A stretch of DNA of 64,000 bases, from NCBI GenBank assembly GCA_046732715.1, contig JBKPNQ010000156.1, forward strand, positions 1,058 to 65,057, given 5' to 3'. The translations under genes and the position numbers were made by a program. This stretch comes from Acidobacteriota bacterium (GTDB taxonomy: Bacteria; Acidobacteriota; Vicinamibacteria; Vicinamibacterales; 2-12-FULL-66-21). Below, piece after piece: positions 9,472 to 18,135 of this stretch. Each line of letters opens with the position of its first letter. Within the stretch, counting starts at the first letter, position 1. Under the pieces are notes generated by a model. It made no database searches and was not told where the DNA came from. It was given only the letters and a program-made list of their open reading frames with translations.

Positions 9472-10380
9472 GTGCCCTCCGTCTACGACGTCATCATCGT
9501 CGGCGCCGGCCCGGCCGGGCTGAGTGCCGCGCTCATCCTGGGGCGATGCCGCCGCACCGTGCTGATTTGCGATAGCGGAAAGCCGCGCAACGCTGCTTCG
9601 CGCGCGCTCCACGGGTATCTGACGCGCGATGGGATTGATCCCCGCGACTTTCGGTCCATCGGGCGCGAAGAGTTGGCGAGATATGAAACCGTTCACCTCA
9701 ACGATGTTGCAGTCACGGATGCGAGATGCCACGCGGATGGACGGTTCACCGTAACCCTGGCTGATGGATCGATCGTCCGTTCACGGAAGCTGCTGGTTGC
9801 CACCGGCGTGTGCGACAACCTTCCGGAGATCGACGGCATCCAGGAGCTGTATGGGCGCAGCGTTTTTCACTGTCCGTACTGCGACGGGTGGGAGCTTCGC
9901 GATCAACCGATTGCGATCTATGGCAAAGATCAGCGGGGCGTCGGACTCTCACTCGAGCTGACCGCCTGGAGTCGCGATCTTGTCCTGTGCACGGACGGAC
10001 CCGGCGGAATCGCCGACGAGGATCGCGCGCTCCTGGCGCGCAACGGGATTCGGATTCGCGAGGAGCGAGTGATCGCGCTCGAGGGGCGCGACGGAATCTT
10101 GGAGCGAATCGTGTTCGCCGGCGGCGAGCCGCTCGGGCGGCGAGCGATGTTCTTTACGACCGGCCAGTTCCAACGATCGGAGCTGGCGATGCGGCTTGGC
10201 TGCGAAGTCAACGACAAGGGAACCGTTCGAACCGGCCACTACGAATCCACCCACCTCCCGGGCCTTTACGTGGCCGGCGACGCGTCGCGCGCGGTGCAAT
10301 GGGTCGTCGTTGCGGCGGCTGAAGGGGCTGAGGCCGCCTTTGCGATCAACACCGACCTGATCAAAGAAGAACTGAAATAA
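9472..10380 (+). CDS. NAD(P)/FAD-dependent oxidoreductase, thioredoxin-reductase-like
   Basis: GTG start. IIVGAGPAGLSAA dinucleotide fold. Redox CxxC in FHCPYCDGWE. Confidence 0.8.
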   Translation: MPSVYDVIIVGAGPAGLSAALILGRCRRTVLICDSGKPRNAASRALHGYLTRDGIDPRDFRSIGREELARYETVHLNDVAVTDARCHADGRFTVTLADGSIVRSRKLLVATGVCDNLPEIDGIQELYGRSVFHCPYCDGWELRDQPIAIYGKDQRGVGLSLELTAWSRDLVLCTDGPGGIADEDRALLARNGIRIREERVIALEGRDGILERIVFAGGEPLGRRAMFFTTGQFQRSELAMRLGCEVNDKGTVRTGHYESTHLPGLYVAGDASRAVQWVVVAAAEGAEAAFAINTDLIKEELK

Positions 10381-10426
10381 TTCTCGCCAGGACTTCCTTA
10401 TCTACAGGGACTCCACAGGCCCGGAA

Positions 10427-10530
10427 TCCAAATTGGACTGCTCAAATTGTTGTTGGACTGGCAGTTTTTTGGTTTTCGTCCCACAAATCGCCCCTGATTT
10501 GACGTTCTGCGGCACCCAATCGATGATTGG
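10427..10530. promoter_or_regulatory. Candidate operator region upstream of the MocR-type regulator
   Basis: 11-bp palindrome TCCAAATTGGA (10427-10437). Direct repeat TTGGACTG at 10433-10440 and 10453-10460 (20-bp spacing). Palindrome CCAAT-N5-ATTGG at 10516-10530. Confidence 0.25.
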
Positions 10531-10584
10531 ACATCGCCAGGACGCCGTCGCCGGTGCCACACTCGCTGTCGTCCGGGAGGGACG

Positions 10585-12045
10585 ATGTTTCAACAGATCG
10601 AGCGTCAGTTCATGCGGACCGCACGGCCGTTGTACGGGCATCTCGTCAACCTGTTCGAGTCGGCAATCGCCCGCGGCGAGCTGCCATCCGGTTCCCGGCT
10701 CCCGCCTGAGCGCGAGCTGGCCGGGCGGCTGGGGATCAGCCGTACGACGGTGGTGAGTGCCTATCGAGAGCTGGAATCCCGGGGCCTCCTCCGTGGGTAC
10801 GTCGGCCGCGGCACGTTCGTGTGCGCCGCACCGGAGCCGAGCGGGACCCCGTTCGCCTGGCGCGGCAAGATTGCGTCAGCGGCGCTGCGTTCGAGCGACT
10901 CGACATTGCGTGATGCGATTCGGCACTCGTCCGACGCGCGGCTGCTGTCGCTCGCCGCCGGCGAACCAGCAATCGACTGCTTCCCGACCGCCGCATTTCA
11001 GCAGGCTATCGATCACGTGTTGAGGCGCGACGCCGATGCCGTGTGGAGTCATGGTCCAACCGAAGGCCAACCGGCGCTGCGCGAGGCGATCGCCGAACGC
11101 TTCCGGGTGCCGGCCGAGAGCGTCCTCATTCTCGCCGGGGCGCAGCAGGGACTCGATCTGCTCGCGCGCTGCCTGGTCGATCCCGGCGATGCCGTGATCA
11201 TCGATCGGCCGGGCTATCTCGGCGCCATTCAGTCATTCCGTGCGGCCGGGGCGAAGTTGATCGGATGGGATGTGGCACGCGGGGAAATCGACGAGCTCGA
11301 AGACCTGCTCCTGCGATACCGGCCGAAGCTGATTTACACGAATCCGACGTTTCAGAACCCGACCGGCGTCACCATGCCGATTCGCACCCGACGTGAACTG
11401 CTGAAGCTGGCCGAGCGCTATCGCGTCCCCATCGTCGAAGACGCGACCTACGGCGAACTGTACTTTCACGACGCTCCGCCGCCGTCGCTGCGCGATCTGG
11501 ACGCACAGAATCTGGTGATTCACTTGAACAGTTTTTCCAAGGTGATGGCACCTGGCCTTCGCCTGGGATGGTTGTCCGCGGCGCCGTCGATCATCGATCA
11601 AATCGCGATCATCAAGCAGCGGCTCGATCCGCACACACAGAATCTCGTTCAGTTCGCGATGGCACGGCTGATCCGTCAGGGCAGTTTCGATATCCACCTG
11701 AGGACGCTCCGTGAGGAGCACGCGCGTCGCTGCGCACAGATGGTCGCCGCGCTGCAGCGGCATGTCACCCCCGGCACGCTGCGATTTACGCGTCCGCACG
11801 GCGGGCTGTATCTGTGGTGCCGGCTGGTACCCGGGGTGAGCTCGCGCGCGCTGCTCGACCGCGCGCTAACCGCCGGCGTTGCGTTCATTGCCGGCGACGC
11901 GTTCTATCCTGATCCGGCGGGCGAGTCTGAGCTTCGACTCTGTTTCTCGAGCGTGATGCCTGCGACGATGGAGGATGCGGTGCGGCGACTGGCGAGTTGC
12001 CTGCCGGTTTCGGTCGAGCGACGACAGCTGCGCCCGATCGCATGA
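10585..12045 (+). CDS. MocR/GntR-family transcriptional regulator fused to PLP-dependent aminotransferase domain
   Basis: SD GGGAGGG before ATG 10585. wHTH LPPERELAGRLGISRTTVVSAYRELE. PLP-lysine motif NSFSKVMAPGLRLGW. Confidence 0.85.
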   Translation: MFQQIERQFMRTARPLYGHLVNLFESAIARGELPSGSRLPPERELAGRLGISRTTVVSAYRELESRGLLRGYVGRGTFVCAAPEPSGTPFAWRGKIASAALRSSDSTLRDAIRHSSDARLLSLAAGEPAIDCFPTAAFQQAIDHVLRRDADAVWSHGPTEGQPALREAIAERFRVPAESVLILAGAQQGLDLLARCLVDPGDAVIIDRPGYLGAIQSFRAAGAKLIGWDVARGEIDELEDLLLRYRPKLIYTNPTFQNPTGVTMPIRTRRELLKLAERYRVPIVEDATYGELYFHDAPPPSLRDLDAQNLVIHLNSFSKVMAPGLRLGWLSAAPSIIDQIAIIKQRLDPHTQNLVQFAMARLIRQGSFDIHLRTLREEHARRCAQMVAALQRHVTPGTLRFTRPHGGLYLWCRLVPGVSSRALLDRALTAGVAFIAGDAFYPDPAGESELRLCFSSVMPATMEDAVRRLASCLPVSVERRQLRPIA

Positions 12046-12557
12046 GCGATCAGCCGACGAAAGAGGTCTCCGTGCGTGAAGTCGAGCGGCTTCGGCGCGA
12101 GCTGATGGCCACGCTGAACGGCGATCCGTGGTACGGCCCCGCCGTGTCCAACATCCTCGACGGCATTGCCGCCGACATGGCCGCGGCGCATCCGATTCCA
12201 GGCGCCCATTCGATTTGGGAGCTTGTCCTTCACATGACCGCCTGGGTGAACGAGACAAAGCGGCGGCTCGAAGGAGGACCGCACCGAACGCCGGCTGAAG
12301 GAGACTGGCCTGCGGTTCGATCGATGACGCAGGAGGCGTGGACCGCAGCGCTCGCCGCTCTGCGGCAGTCCCACGACGATCTGTCCCGAACGATTGGTGC
12401 AGCCGAAGACTCGAGCCTGAGCCGGCAGATTGGCGGCCCGCAGGTCGATGCCATTGGAAACCCGGTCTCCTACTATCAGACGATCGTCGGGATCCTGCAG
12501 CACGACGCCTATCATGCTGGACAGATCGCGCTGCTCAAGAAAGTTCTGCATCGCTAA
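12042..12557 (+). CDS. DinB family protein (paralogue 1)
   Basis: ATG 12042 overlaps the MocR stop (ATGA). DinB-type His motifs ELVLHMTAW and LQHDAYHAGQI. Confidence 0.75.
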   Translation: MSDQPTKEVSVREVERLRRELMATLNGDPWYGPAVSNILDGIAADMAAAHPIPGAHSIWELVLHMTAWVNETKRRLEGGPHRTPAEGDWPAVRSMTQEAWTAALAALRQSHDDLSRTIGAAEDSSLSRQIGGPQVDAIGNPVSYYQTIVGILQHDAYHAGQIALLKKVLHR

Positions 12558-12653
12558 TCGCGCTCGTCGCTGATCCCGAATTCTTGGAATCCTCGAATCG
12601 CTTATCCTTGAATCGCGGCCTCCCGCCGAATGTGCAGCCTGCCTCGCCGGACC

Positions 12654-12705
12654 GGGAACCGCGAACCGCGAATAGCCGAACTGCGAACTGCGAACCGCGA
12701 CCTAC
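12654..12705. repeat. About 7 heptamers of the CGAACCG/CGAACTG word family
   Basis: GGGAACC GCGAACC GCGAATA G CCGAACT GCGAACT GCGAACC GCGACCT. The same word is arrayed at 20086-20127. Confidence 0.7.
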
Positions 12706-12721
12706 GAGTGGAGATGAACCC

Positions 12722-12868
12722 ATGGTGAAAGATCCCGTTTGTGGAATGACGATCGACGAGAAGACCGCCAAGGGGCAGAGCGAGTACAACGGTCAGACGT
12801 ACTACTTCTGCGCAGTGATCTGTAAAACGAAGTTCGACCAAGATCCGGCGAAGTACGTCAAGGGGTAA
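12722..12868 (+). CDS. YHS domain-containing small protein (48 aa)
   Basis: ATG 12722 with GGAG upstream. DPVCGM...YYFC motif typical of YHS/TRASH-type metal-binding modules. The long ORF-track frame 12338-12868 upstream of this ATG runs through repeats. Confidence 0.7.
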   Translation: MVKDPVCGMTIDEKTAKGQSEYNGQTYYFCAVICKTKFDQDPAKYVKG

Positions 12869-12893
12869 TCACCAGCGGGGCTTGAGCGCTCCC

Positions 12894-14489
12894 CTACACG
12901 ATTGCTGGCGGAGCCCCGTGACCGCTTTTGAAAGCGTCTCTATTGGTGCTGAAGATGACGCCGGGTGAGAGCTTCCAGTCCGGATCCAGCGCCCGCTTCA
13001 CTTCACGCATCTCGGCGATTCCCTGCTCTCCGTAGAGCTGGAGCAGCAGCTGTTGCTTCACGGGGTTGCGGCCGACACCGTGCTCGGCTAGCGGACATCC
13101 TCCCAGCCGGGCCGCTGCGCGGCCGAATTCGAGAATCGCGTCTTTGCCGCGCTCGACGTCTGCGTACGATCGCGGGATGACATTTGGATGCACGTTGCCG
13201 TCGGAGATGTGACCCCAGATCGCGTAGTCCAACTCACGGGCGTCGAATCCCTGCTTGTAGACATCCATCATCTCTGCGAACCGGTCGAGCGGCACCACCA
13301 TGTCTGCCGCGGTCTTGGCAATCTCGGGATGGATGTCCCGCTTCGCAATGCCAACCCGGCGGTTGACACCCGCCGGCACGGCCTCGCGAATCGCGATCAG
13401 CTGCGCCGCACGTCGCCGATCTTCCGGCATCGCAAGTTCGGTTGCGTCGAACAGGTCGCGTTCGGCGAGCATCCGGCAGAAACGCACGATGGCAGAGTCA
13501 GACGCCCCGGGCATCAACGCGCTGCCGATCTGATCGTAGGCCTCGGCTCGGGTGAGCCCTGGCGGCAGCTCGAGCTGCACCAGGAGGGCAACAGCGGTCT
13601 CGTCGGGAAACGAGACGTCGTTTCGTGCATCGGCTCCGTCCTCGCGCAGGATCGCGATCGACCGCGCATCCATGTTCTCGATGGCGGCGATGTCGATGCC
13701 GTTCTGATTCCCGGTCCGCCAGGTGTCGAGCGAAGCATGGCGTAGCGTCAATACCAGCTCGAGGGCCTGCTGTTCGGACCGGCACGGAATCAGCGCGAGC
13801 GCGGATTGCGGAACTGGTGAAAGGACGCGAAACGTCACCTGTGCAACGACGCCAAGCGTTCCTTCGGCGCCAATGAAGAGATCGACGAGATCCATGTCAG
13901 GAGCGGCATGGTATCCGGCTGAGCGCTTCGACACATTCGGCATCGCATAGCGCGGTAACGGAATCGAGATCCGTCCTCCGCCGGCCAGCACGTCGATCGA
14001 TCGGTCGTGCGCATGGTGCTCGCCTCGTTTCAAATCGAGGATCGTGCCGTCGGCCAGCACCACGACGAGACCCTCGACCCACTCGCGCGTGCTGCCGTAC
14101 TTGAACGTGGCGGCGCCGGCAGCGTTGGTCGAGACGATTCCCCCGACAGAGGCGCCCGTAAACGTGGGCGCCGGAGGAAACCAGCCTCCGACCGCTGCCA
14201 GTGTCTCCTGCATCGCGGCGATCGTCAGGCCGGCCTGAACTGTGATGCGATCGGCCGATCGGTCGATCACCTGCGTCATTCTTGTCGTCGCAACGATGAG
14301 CTCGCCCATCGGCGTCGCCCCTCCTGTCAACGACGACTGCGCGCCAATCGGAAGCACGGCTGGTGCAGATTTCACGGCCTCGGCAATCTCGCCTTCGGTC
14401 CGCGGGAAGACCACACCGGCAGCTTGGCCACCGGGGTAGTGGGCCGCATCTTCAAGAAATGCGGACGGTTCGCCGTACTCAATGGTCAT
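12894..14489 (-). CDS. FAD-binding oxidoreductase (GlcD / D-lactate dehydrogenase-like)
   Basis: Start taken at ATG 14489 (MTIEYGEP). FAD-binding N-domain (VFPRTEGEIAEAVK, LPIGAQSSLTGG). C-terminal GCPLAEHGVGR motif. Confidence 0.8.
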   Translation of the reverse strand: MTIEYGEPSAFLEDAAHYPGGQAAGVVFPRTEGEIAEAVKSAPAVLPIGAQSSLTGGATPMGELIVATTRMTQVIDRSADRITVQAGLTIAAMQETLAAVGGWFPPAPTFTGASVGGIVSTNAAGAATFKYGSTREWVEGLVVVLADGTILDLKRGEHHAHDRSIDVLAGGGRISIPLPRYAMPNVSKRSAGYHAAPDMDLVDLFIGAEGTLGVVAQVTFRVLSPVPQSALALIPCRSEQQALELVLTLRHASLDTWRTGNQNGIDIAAIENMDARSIAILREDGADARNDVSFPDETAVALLVQLELPPGLTRAEAYDQIGSALMPGASDSAIVRFCRMLAERDLFDATELAMPEDRRRAAQLIAIREAVPAGVNRRVGIAKRDIHPEIAKTAADMVVPLDRFAEMMDVYKQGFDARELDYAIWGHISDGNVHPNVIPRSYADVERGKDAILEFGRAAARLGGCPLAEHGVGRNPVKQQLLLQLYGEQGIAEMREVKRALDPDWKLSPGVIFSTNRDAFKSGHGAPPAIV

Positions 14490-14517
14490 GGCTGTTCGTG
14501 GCAAGCGATCCGCGACT

Positions 14518-14613
14518 CCGGGTCCGGGATCCCGGTTGACCCAGTTCCGAAGTCTCCCCGGATATCGGATCACGCATCACGGTCCCGGACCCGGTCGCCG
14601 TTTTCGGGCGACC
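14518..14613. promoter_or_regulatory. Divergent control region with inverted repeats and a leader hairpin
   Basis: CCGGGTCCGGGA (14518-14529) and its exact reverse complement TCCCGGACCCGG (14583-14594). 12-bp palindrome CCGGGATCCCGG (14524-14535). 7-bp hairpin GGTCGCC-N7-GGCGACC (14593-14613), 21 nt before ATG 14635. Confidence 0.3.
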
Positions 14614-14634
14614 ACTGAAGTATTATCGCGTGGT

Positions 14635-15759
14635 ATGACACACCGGTTCACGGTGGGGGTCGAAGAGGAGTTTCAGATCGTCGATCCGAAGACCTGGGAG
14701 CTGCGATCTCACGTCTCGGAGCTGCTCGCGTCGAGCTCGCCGGCGCTCGGCGAGCAGGTCAAGCGCGAGCTGCACCAGTCGATCATCGAAGTCGGCACGA
14801 AGATCTGCCAGAACGTACCCGAACTCCGCGAAGAGATCTTCAGAACCCGCCGCGAACTGACCGGCGGAGCCGAACGAGTCGGCCTCGCGGTCGCGGCCGC
14901 CGGGACCCATCCGTTCTCGGACTGGAAAGATCAGATCCTGTCTCCTGGTGTCCGTTACGACAGCATCGTGGAAGAGTTGCAGCAGCTGGCGCGGTCGCTC
15001 CTGATTTTCGGGCTGCACGTCCACGTCGCCGTGCCCGACAACCAGACCGCGATCGACATCATGAATGCGGCGAGATATTTCCTGCCGCACTTGCTCGCGT
15101 TATCCACCAGCTCGCCGTTCTGGATGGGGCGCGACACCGGCCTCAAGTCGTATCGCACGACGATCTTCCGTCGCTTTCCGCGCACCGGCGTGCCGGATCA
15201 TTTCGGCTCGTGGAGCGAGTACGAGAACTACATCAAGCTCCTGGTCGAGCTGCACTGCATCGACGATGCGAAAAAGATCTGGTGGGACGTGCGGCCGCAC
15301 CCAACCTTCGGCACGTTGGAGTTCCGCGTCTGTGACGTGCCGACCCGCCCCGAGGTGGCGGTGATGCTCGGCGCGCTCGCCCAGGCGATCGTCGTCAAGC
15401 TGCACAAGCTGTATACGCGGAATCTCGGCTTCCGGCTCTATCGCCGCGCCTTGATCGAAGAGAACAAGTGGCGTGCCGCGCGGTGGGGGATCGACGGCAA
15501 GCTGATTGACTTCGGCAAGCGGTCCGAGGTGCCGATGCGGCAGCTGGCGCTCGAGCTCTTGGAGTTCATCGACGACGTCGTCGACGAGCTGGAGAGCCGC
15601 GAAGCGGTGGAGTACGTGCACAGCGTCCTTCGTGAAGGGACGAGCGCCGATCAGCAGCTCGCGGTCTTTCGAGAGACCGGCGACCTCAAAGCCGTCGTCC
15701 GCCACATCGTCAACGAGACGCGCGCGGGCGTCGATCGCCGGGGAGAAGCGAGAGTATGA
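14635..15759 (+). CDS. Carboxylate-amine ligase, YbdK / glutamate-cysteine ligase family 2 (GCS2)
   Basis: N-terminus MTHRFTVGVEEEFQIVD is typical of GCS2. 374 aa. First gene of a tightly packed four-gene unit. Confidence 0.85.
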   Translation: MTHRFTVGVEEEFQIVDPKTWELRSHVSELLASSSPALGEQVKRELHQSIIEVGTKICQNVPELREEIFRTRRELTGGAERVGLAVAAAGTHPFSDWKDQILSPGVRYDSIVEELQQLARSLLIFGLHVHVAVPDNQTAIDIMNAARYFLPHLLALSTSSPFWMGRDTGLKSYRTTIFRRFPRTGVPDHFGSWSEYENYIKLLVELHCIDDAKKIWWDVRPHPTFGTLEFRVCDVPTRPEVAVMLGALAQAIVVKLHKLYTRNLGFRLYRRALIEENKWRAARWGIDGKLIDFGKRSEVPMRQLALELLEFIDDVVDELESREAVEYVHSVLREGTSADQQLAVFRETGDLKAVVRHIVNETRAGVDRRGEARV

Positions 15760-16760
15760 GTCCTCAATCGAGTGCGATAAAGCCGATCGGTCTGCTCGTC
15801 GGACGCGAGTACAGTTTTCCGCCGGCGTTCATCGCCCGCGTCAATGACAAAGGAGCCAGCCACGGCATCACCGCGGAGATGGTGCAGTGGGGCGGGACCA
15901 GGCTCGACGATCCGCCGAAATATTCGCTGATCGTCGACCGCATTTCCCACGAGGTGGAGTACTACCGTGGCGCGCTGAAGCACGCGATTCTCCAAGGCAC
16001 TTACGTCATCAACAACCCGTTTTGGTGGACCGCCGACGACAAGTATTTCAACTACGCGGTCATGTCGAGGCTGGGATGCGCGATCCCGAAGACGGTCCTG
16101 CTTCCACAGAAGGGATACCCCGCCGACATCGATCTGACGCCGGAATCGTTGCGGAACATGCAGTACCCGATCGACTGGGACGGCCTGCTTGACTACGTCG
16201 GTCGACCGGCGATTCTGAAACCGTATTCGGGCGGAGGATGGAAGCACGTCTACAAGGTGCGCGATGCCCGTGAGCTGATCGAGGCGTATGACGGCACCGC
16301 GCCATATTGCATGACATTGCAGGAGTTCATCGACTTCGACGGGTACGTCCGATGTTTTACCTTTGGCAAGACCGACATCACCCCGGTGCGCTACGATCCG
16401 CACCAGCGGTGTTATCTCGTCGATCATGCCTACCTCACGCCCGAACTTGGAGCCCGAATCGTCCGCGACGCACAGACGATCAACAAAGCGCTCGGTTACG
16501 AGATGAACACGATCGAATTTGCGGTGCGCGACGGCGTGCCGTACGCGATTGACTATCTCAATCCGGCTCCCGACTTTGAGCGCGAACGGATTACGGATTT
16601 TTACTTCACTCACGTGGTCGAAAAGATGAGCGACCTGGTGATCGATCGCGCGCTCAATCCCGATCCGACGCGCAGCTGGCCGCGATGGGAAGAGATGCTC
16701 GGCATCGGCTCGGCCGCCGGCTTCATTGGGGCCCCCCGCTCGCCAGCCGCGACGACATAA
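15756..16760 (+). CDS. ATP-grasp domain protein (RimK/glutathione-synthetase-like fold), unknown substrate
   Basis: ATGA overlap with the previous gene. ATP-grasp-like core ...RPAILKPYSGGGWKHVYKV... QEFIDFDGYVRCF ... NTIEFAVRDGVPYAIDYLN. Confidence 0.6.
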   Translation: MSPQSSAIKPIGLLVGREYSFPPAFIARVNDKGASHGITAEMVQWGGTRLDDPPKYSLIVDRISHEVEYYRGALKHAILQGTYVINNPFWWTADDKYFNYAVMSRLGCAIPKTVLLPQKGYPADIDLTPESLRNMQYPIDWDGLLDYVGRPAILKPYSGGGWKHVYKVRDARELIEAYDGTAPYCMTLQEFIDFDGYVRCFTFGKTDITPVRYDPHQRCYLVDHAYLTPELGARIVRDAQTINKALGYEMNTIEFAVRDGVPYAIDYLNPAPDFERERITDFYFTHVVEKMSDLVIDRALNPDPTRSWPRWEEMLGIGSAAGFIGAPRSPAATT

Positions 16761-18122
16761 ATGGACGCCATCGACGCCTGGCACTCGCTGCTGCGTCCCG
16801 ATGTCGAGCTGAGCCGACGCTACTTCGAGGAATTCTCGGCCGCGATGCGGTCGCACAAGCTCACGTTCGGCGATCGGATTCACTGTCCGTTTCTGCGGCC
16901 TTTCTTCCTGACGGAAGAAGACGAGTCGCGCATGCGCGCGGCAGCCGAAACCATTGCTGCGCTCGGTGAGCGCGTGATCGCGGCAGCCCTCGAGACCTCG
17001 TCGATCTTCAACCAGCTCGGGCTGACCGAGGCCGAAGAGCGGCTGGTGCGGCTCGATCCCGGGTACGAATGCGCGAGCACCGCATCACGGCTCGATGCGT
17101 TCCTGCTGCCCGACTCGCTGCATTTCGCCGAATACAATGCCGAGTCTCCAGCCGGCCTGGCCTATACGCAGCGACTGTGCGAGCTGTTCGAGGACATGCC
17201 AGCGATGCAAGCATTTCGCGCCGGCCGGCATGTGAGGTTCAACCGGACCATCGAACCGATGCTCGAGGGATTACTTGCCAGCTATAAGGATTGGGGTGGA
17301 CGCGCCGATCCTCCGGTCGTGGCGATCGTCGACTGGCGAAACGTGCCGACGTGGTCGGAGTTTGAAATCCTTCGGGATGCCTTCACCGCACTCGGAGTGC
17401 CGACGCTGGTGTGCGATCCCAGAGAACTGACATTCGAGGCCGGCGCGCTGCGGTACGGGGAATCCCGCATCGACCTCGTCTATCGCCGTGTGCTCATCAA
17501 CGACATCGTTGCGCGGCCCGACGACTGCGTGGCACTGATCCAGGCGTACGCCGAGCGGGCGGTCTGCGTCGCGAACACGTTCCGGTGCAAGCTGGCGCAC
17601 AAGAAGGCGTTCTTCGCCGTCCTGACCGACGAGCGGCACGAAGCGCTGTTTTCAGCCGCCGAGCGAGACGCCATTCGGGCGCACGTGCCGTGGACCCGCG
17701 TGCTCGCCGACACCGACACGGTCATGGATGGGCGGCGTCAGCCGCTCATGCGGCTGGCCGAAGATCACCGCGATGCGCTGGTGCTGAAGCCGAACGACGA
17801 GTACGGCGGCGCCGGGGTAAAGCTTGGCTGGGAGCTGACCCCTGGCGAGTGGAGCGCCGCGCTCGCCGAAGCGCTGAACGCGCCGGCTGGCAGCTGGGTG
17901 CTGCAGGAAAGAATTCCCGTCCGCCGCGAAACGTTTCCCATGTTTGATTCCGCCGGCGACGTGGCGATGCGCAACATGCTGGTGGATTTCGCGCCCTACC
18001 TGGTACGAGGCCGCATGACCGGGTATCTGACCCGACTCAGTTCCACCGGCTTGGCAAACGTGACGTCGGGCGGCGGCCAGGTTCCGGCATTTGTCGTCGG
18101 CCGGTCGATTTCCTCTGCTTGA
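16761..18122 (+). CDS. Circularly permuted ATP-grasp-like / glutathionylspermidine-synthase-like ligase
   Basis: ATG immediately follows the previous stop. C-terminal LVLKPNDEYGGAGV ... LTRLSSTGLANVTSGGGQVPAFVV resembles the CP-ATP-grasp signature (..KP..G.GG.G.. / ..N.S.GGG.KD.WV). Confidence 0.55.
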   Translation: MDAIDAWHSLLRPDVELSRRYFEEFSAAMRSHKLTFGDRIHCPFLRPFFLTEEDESRMRAAAETIAALGERVIAAALETSSIFNQLGLTEAEERLVRLDPGYECASTASRLDAFLLPDSLHFAEYNAESPAGLAYTQRLCELFEDMPAMQAFRAGRHVRFNRTIEPMLEGLLASYKDWGGRADPPVVAIVDWRNVPTWSEFEILRDAFTALGVPTLVCDPRELTFEAGALRYGESRIDLVYRRVLINDIVARPDDCVALIQAYAERAVCVANTFRCKLAHKKAFFAVLTDERHEALFSAAERDAIRAHVPWTRVLADTDTVMDGRRQPLMRLAEDHRDALVLKPNDEYGGAGVKLGWELTPGEWSAALAEALNAPAGSWVLQERIPVRRETFPMFDSAGDVAMRNMLVDFAPYLVRGRMTGYLTRLSSTGLANVTSGGGQVPAFVVGRSISSA

Positions 18123-18135
18123 TACAATTGTGGCG

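Noticed and set aside
12338-12721. Upstream 128 codons of the ORF containing the YHS gene
   Set aside because: This stretch runs through the end of the DinB gene and the repeat-filled spacer. Only the last 48 codons, from ATG 12722 with an SD, look coding. The N-terminal extensions of ORFs 19318-20289, 20132-21145, 41000-42346, 43708-44793 and 54076-55548 were trimmed in the same way.
15651-16883. 410-aa minus-strand ORF across the ligase operon (also 18037-19086, 56411-57949, 5289-6236, 108-893, 6922-8004, 2980-3897)
   Set aside because: All of these are antisense to genes with strong motif support and have the skewed Arg/Gly/Pro composition of GC-rich shadow frames.
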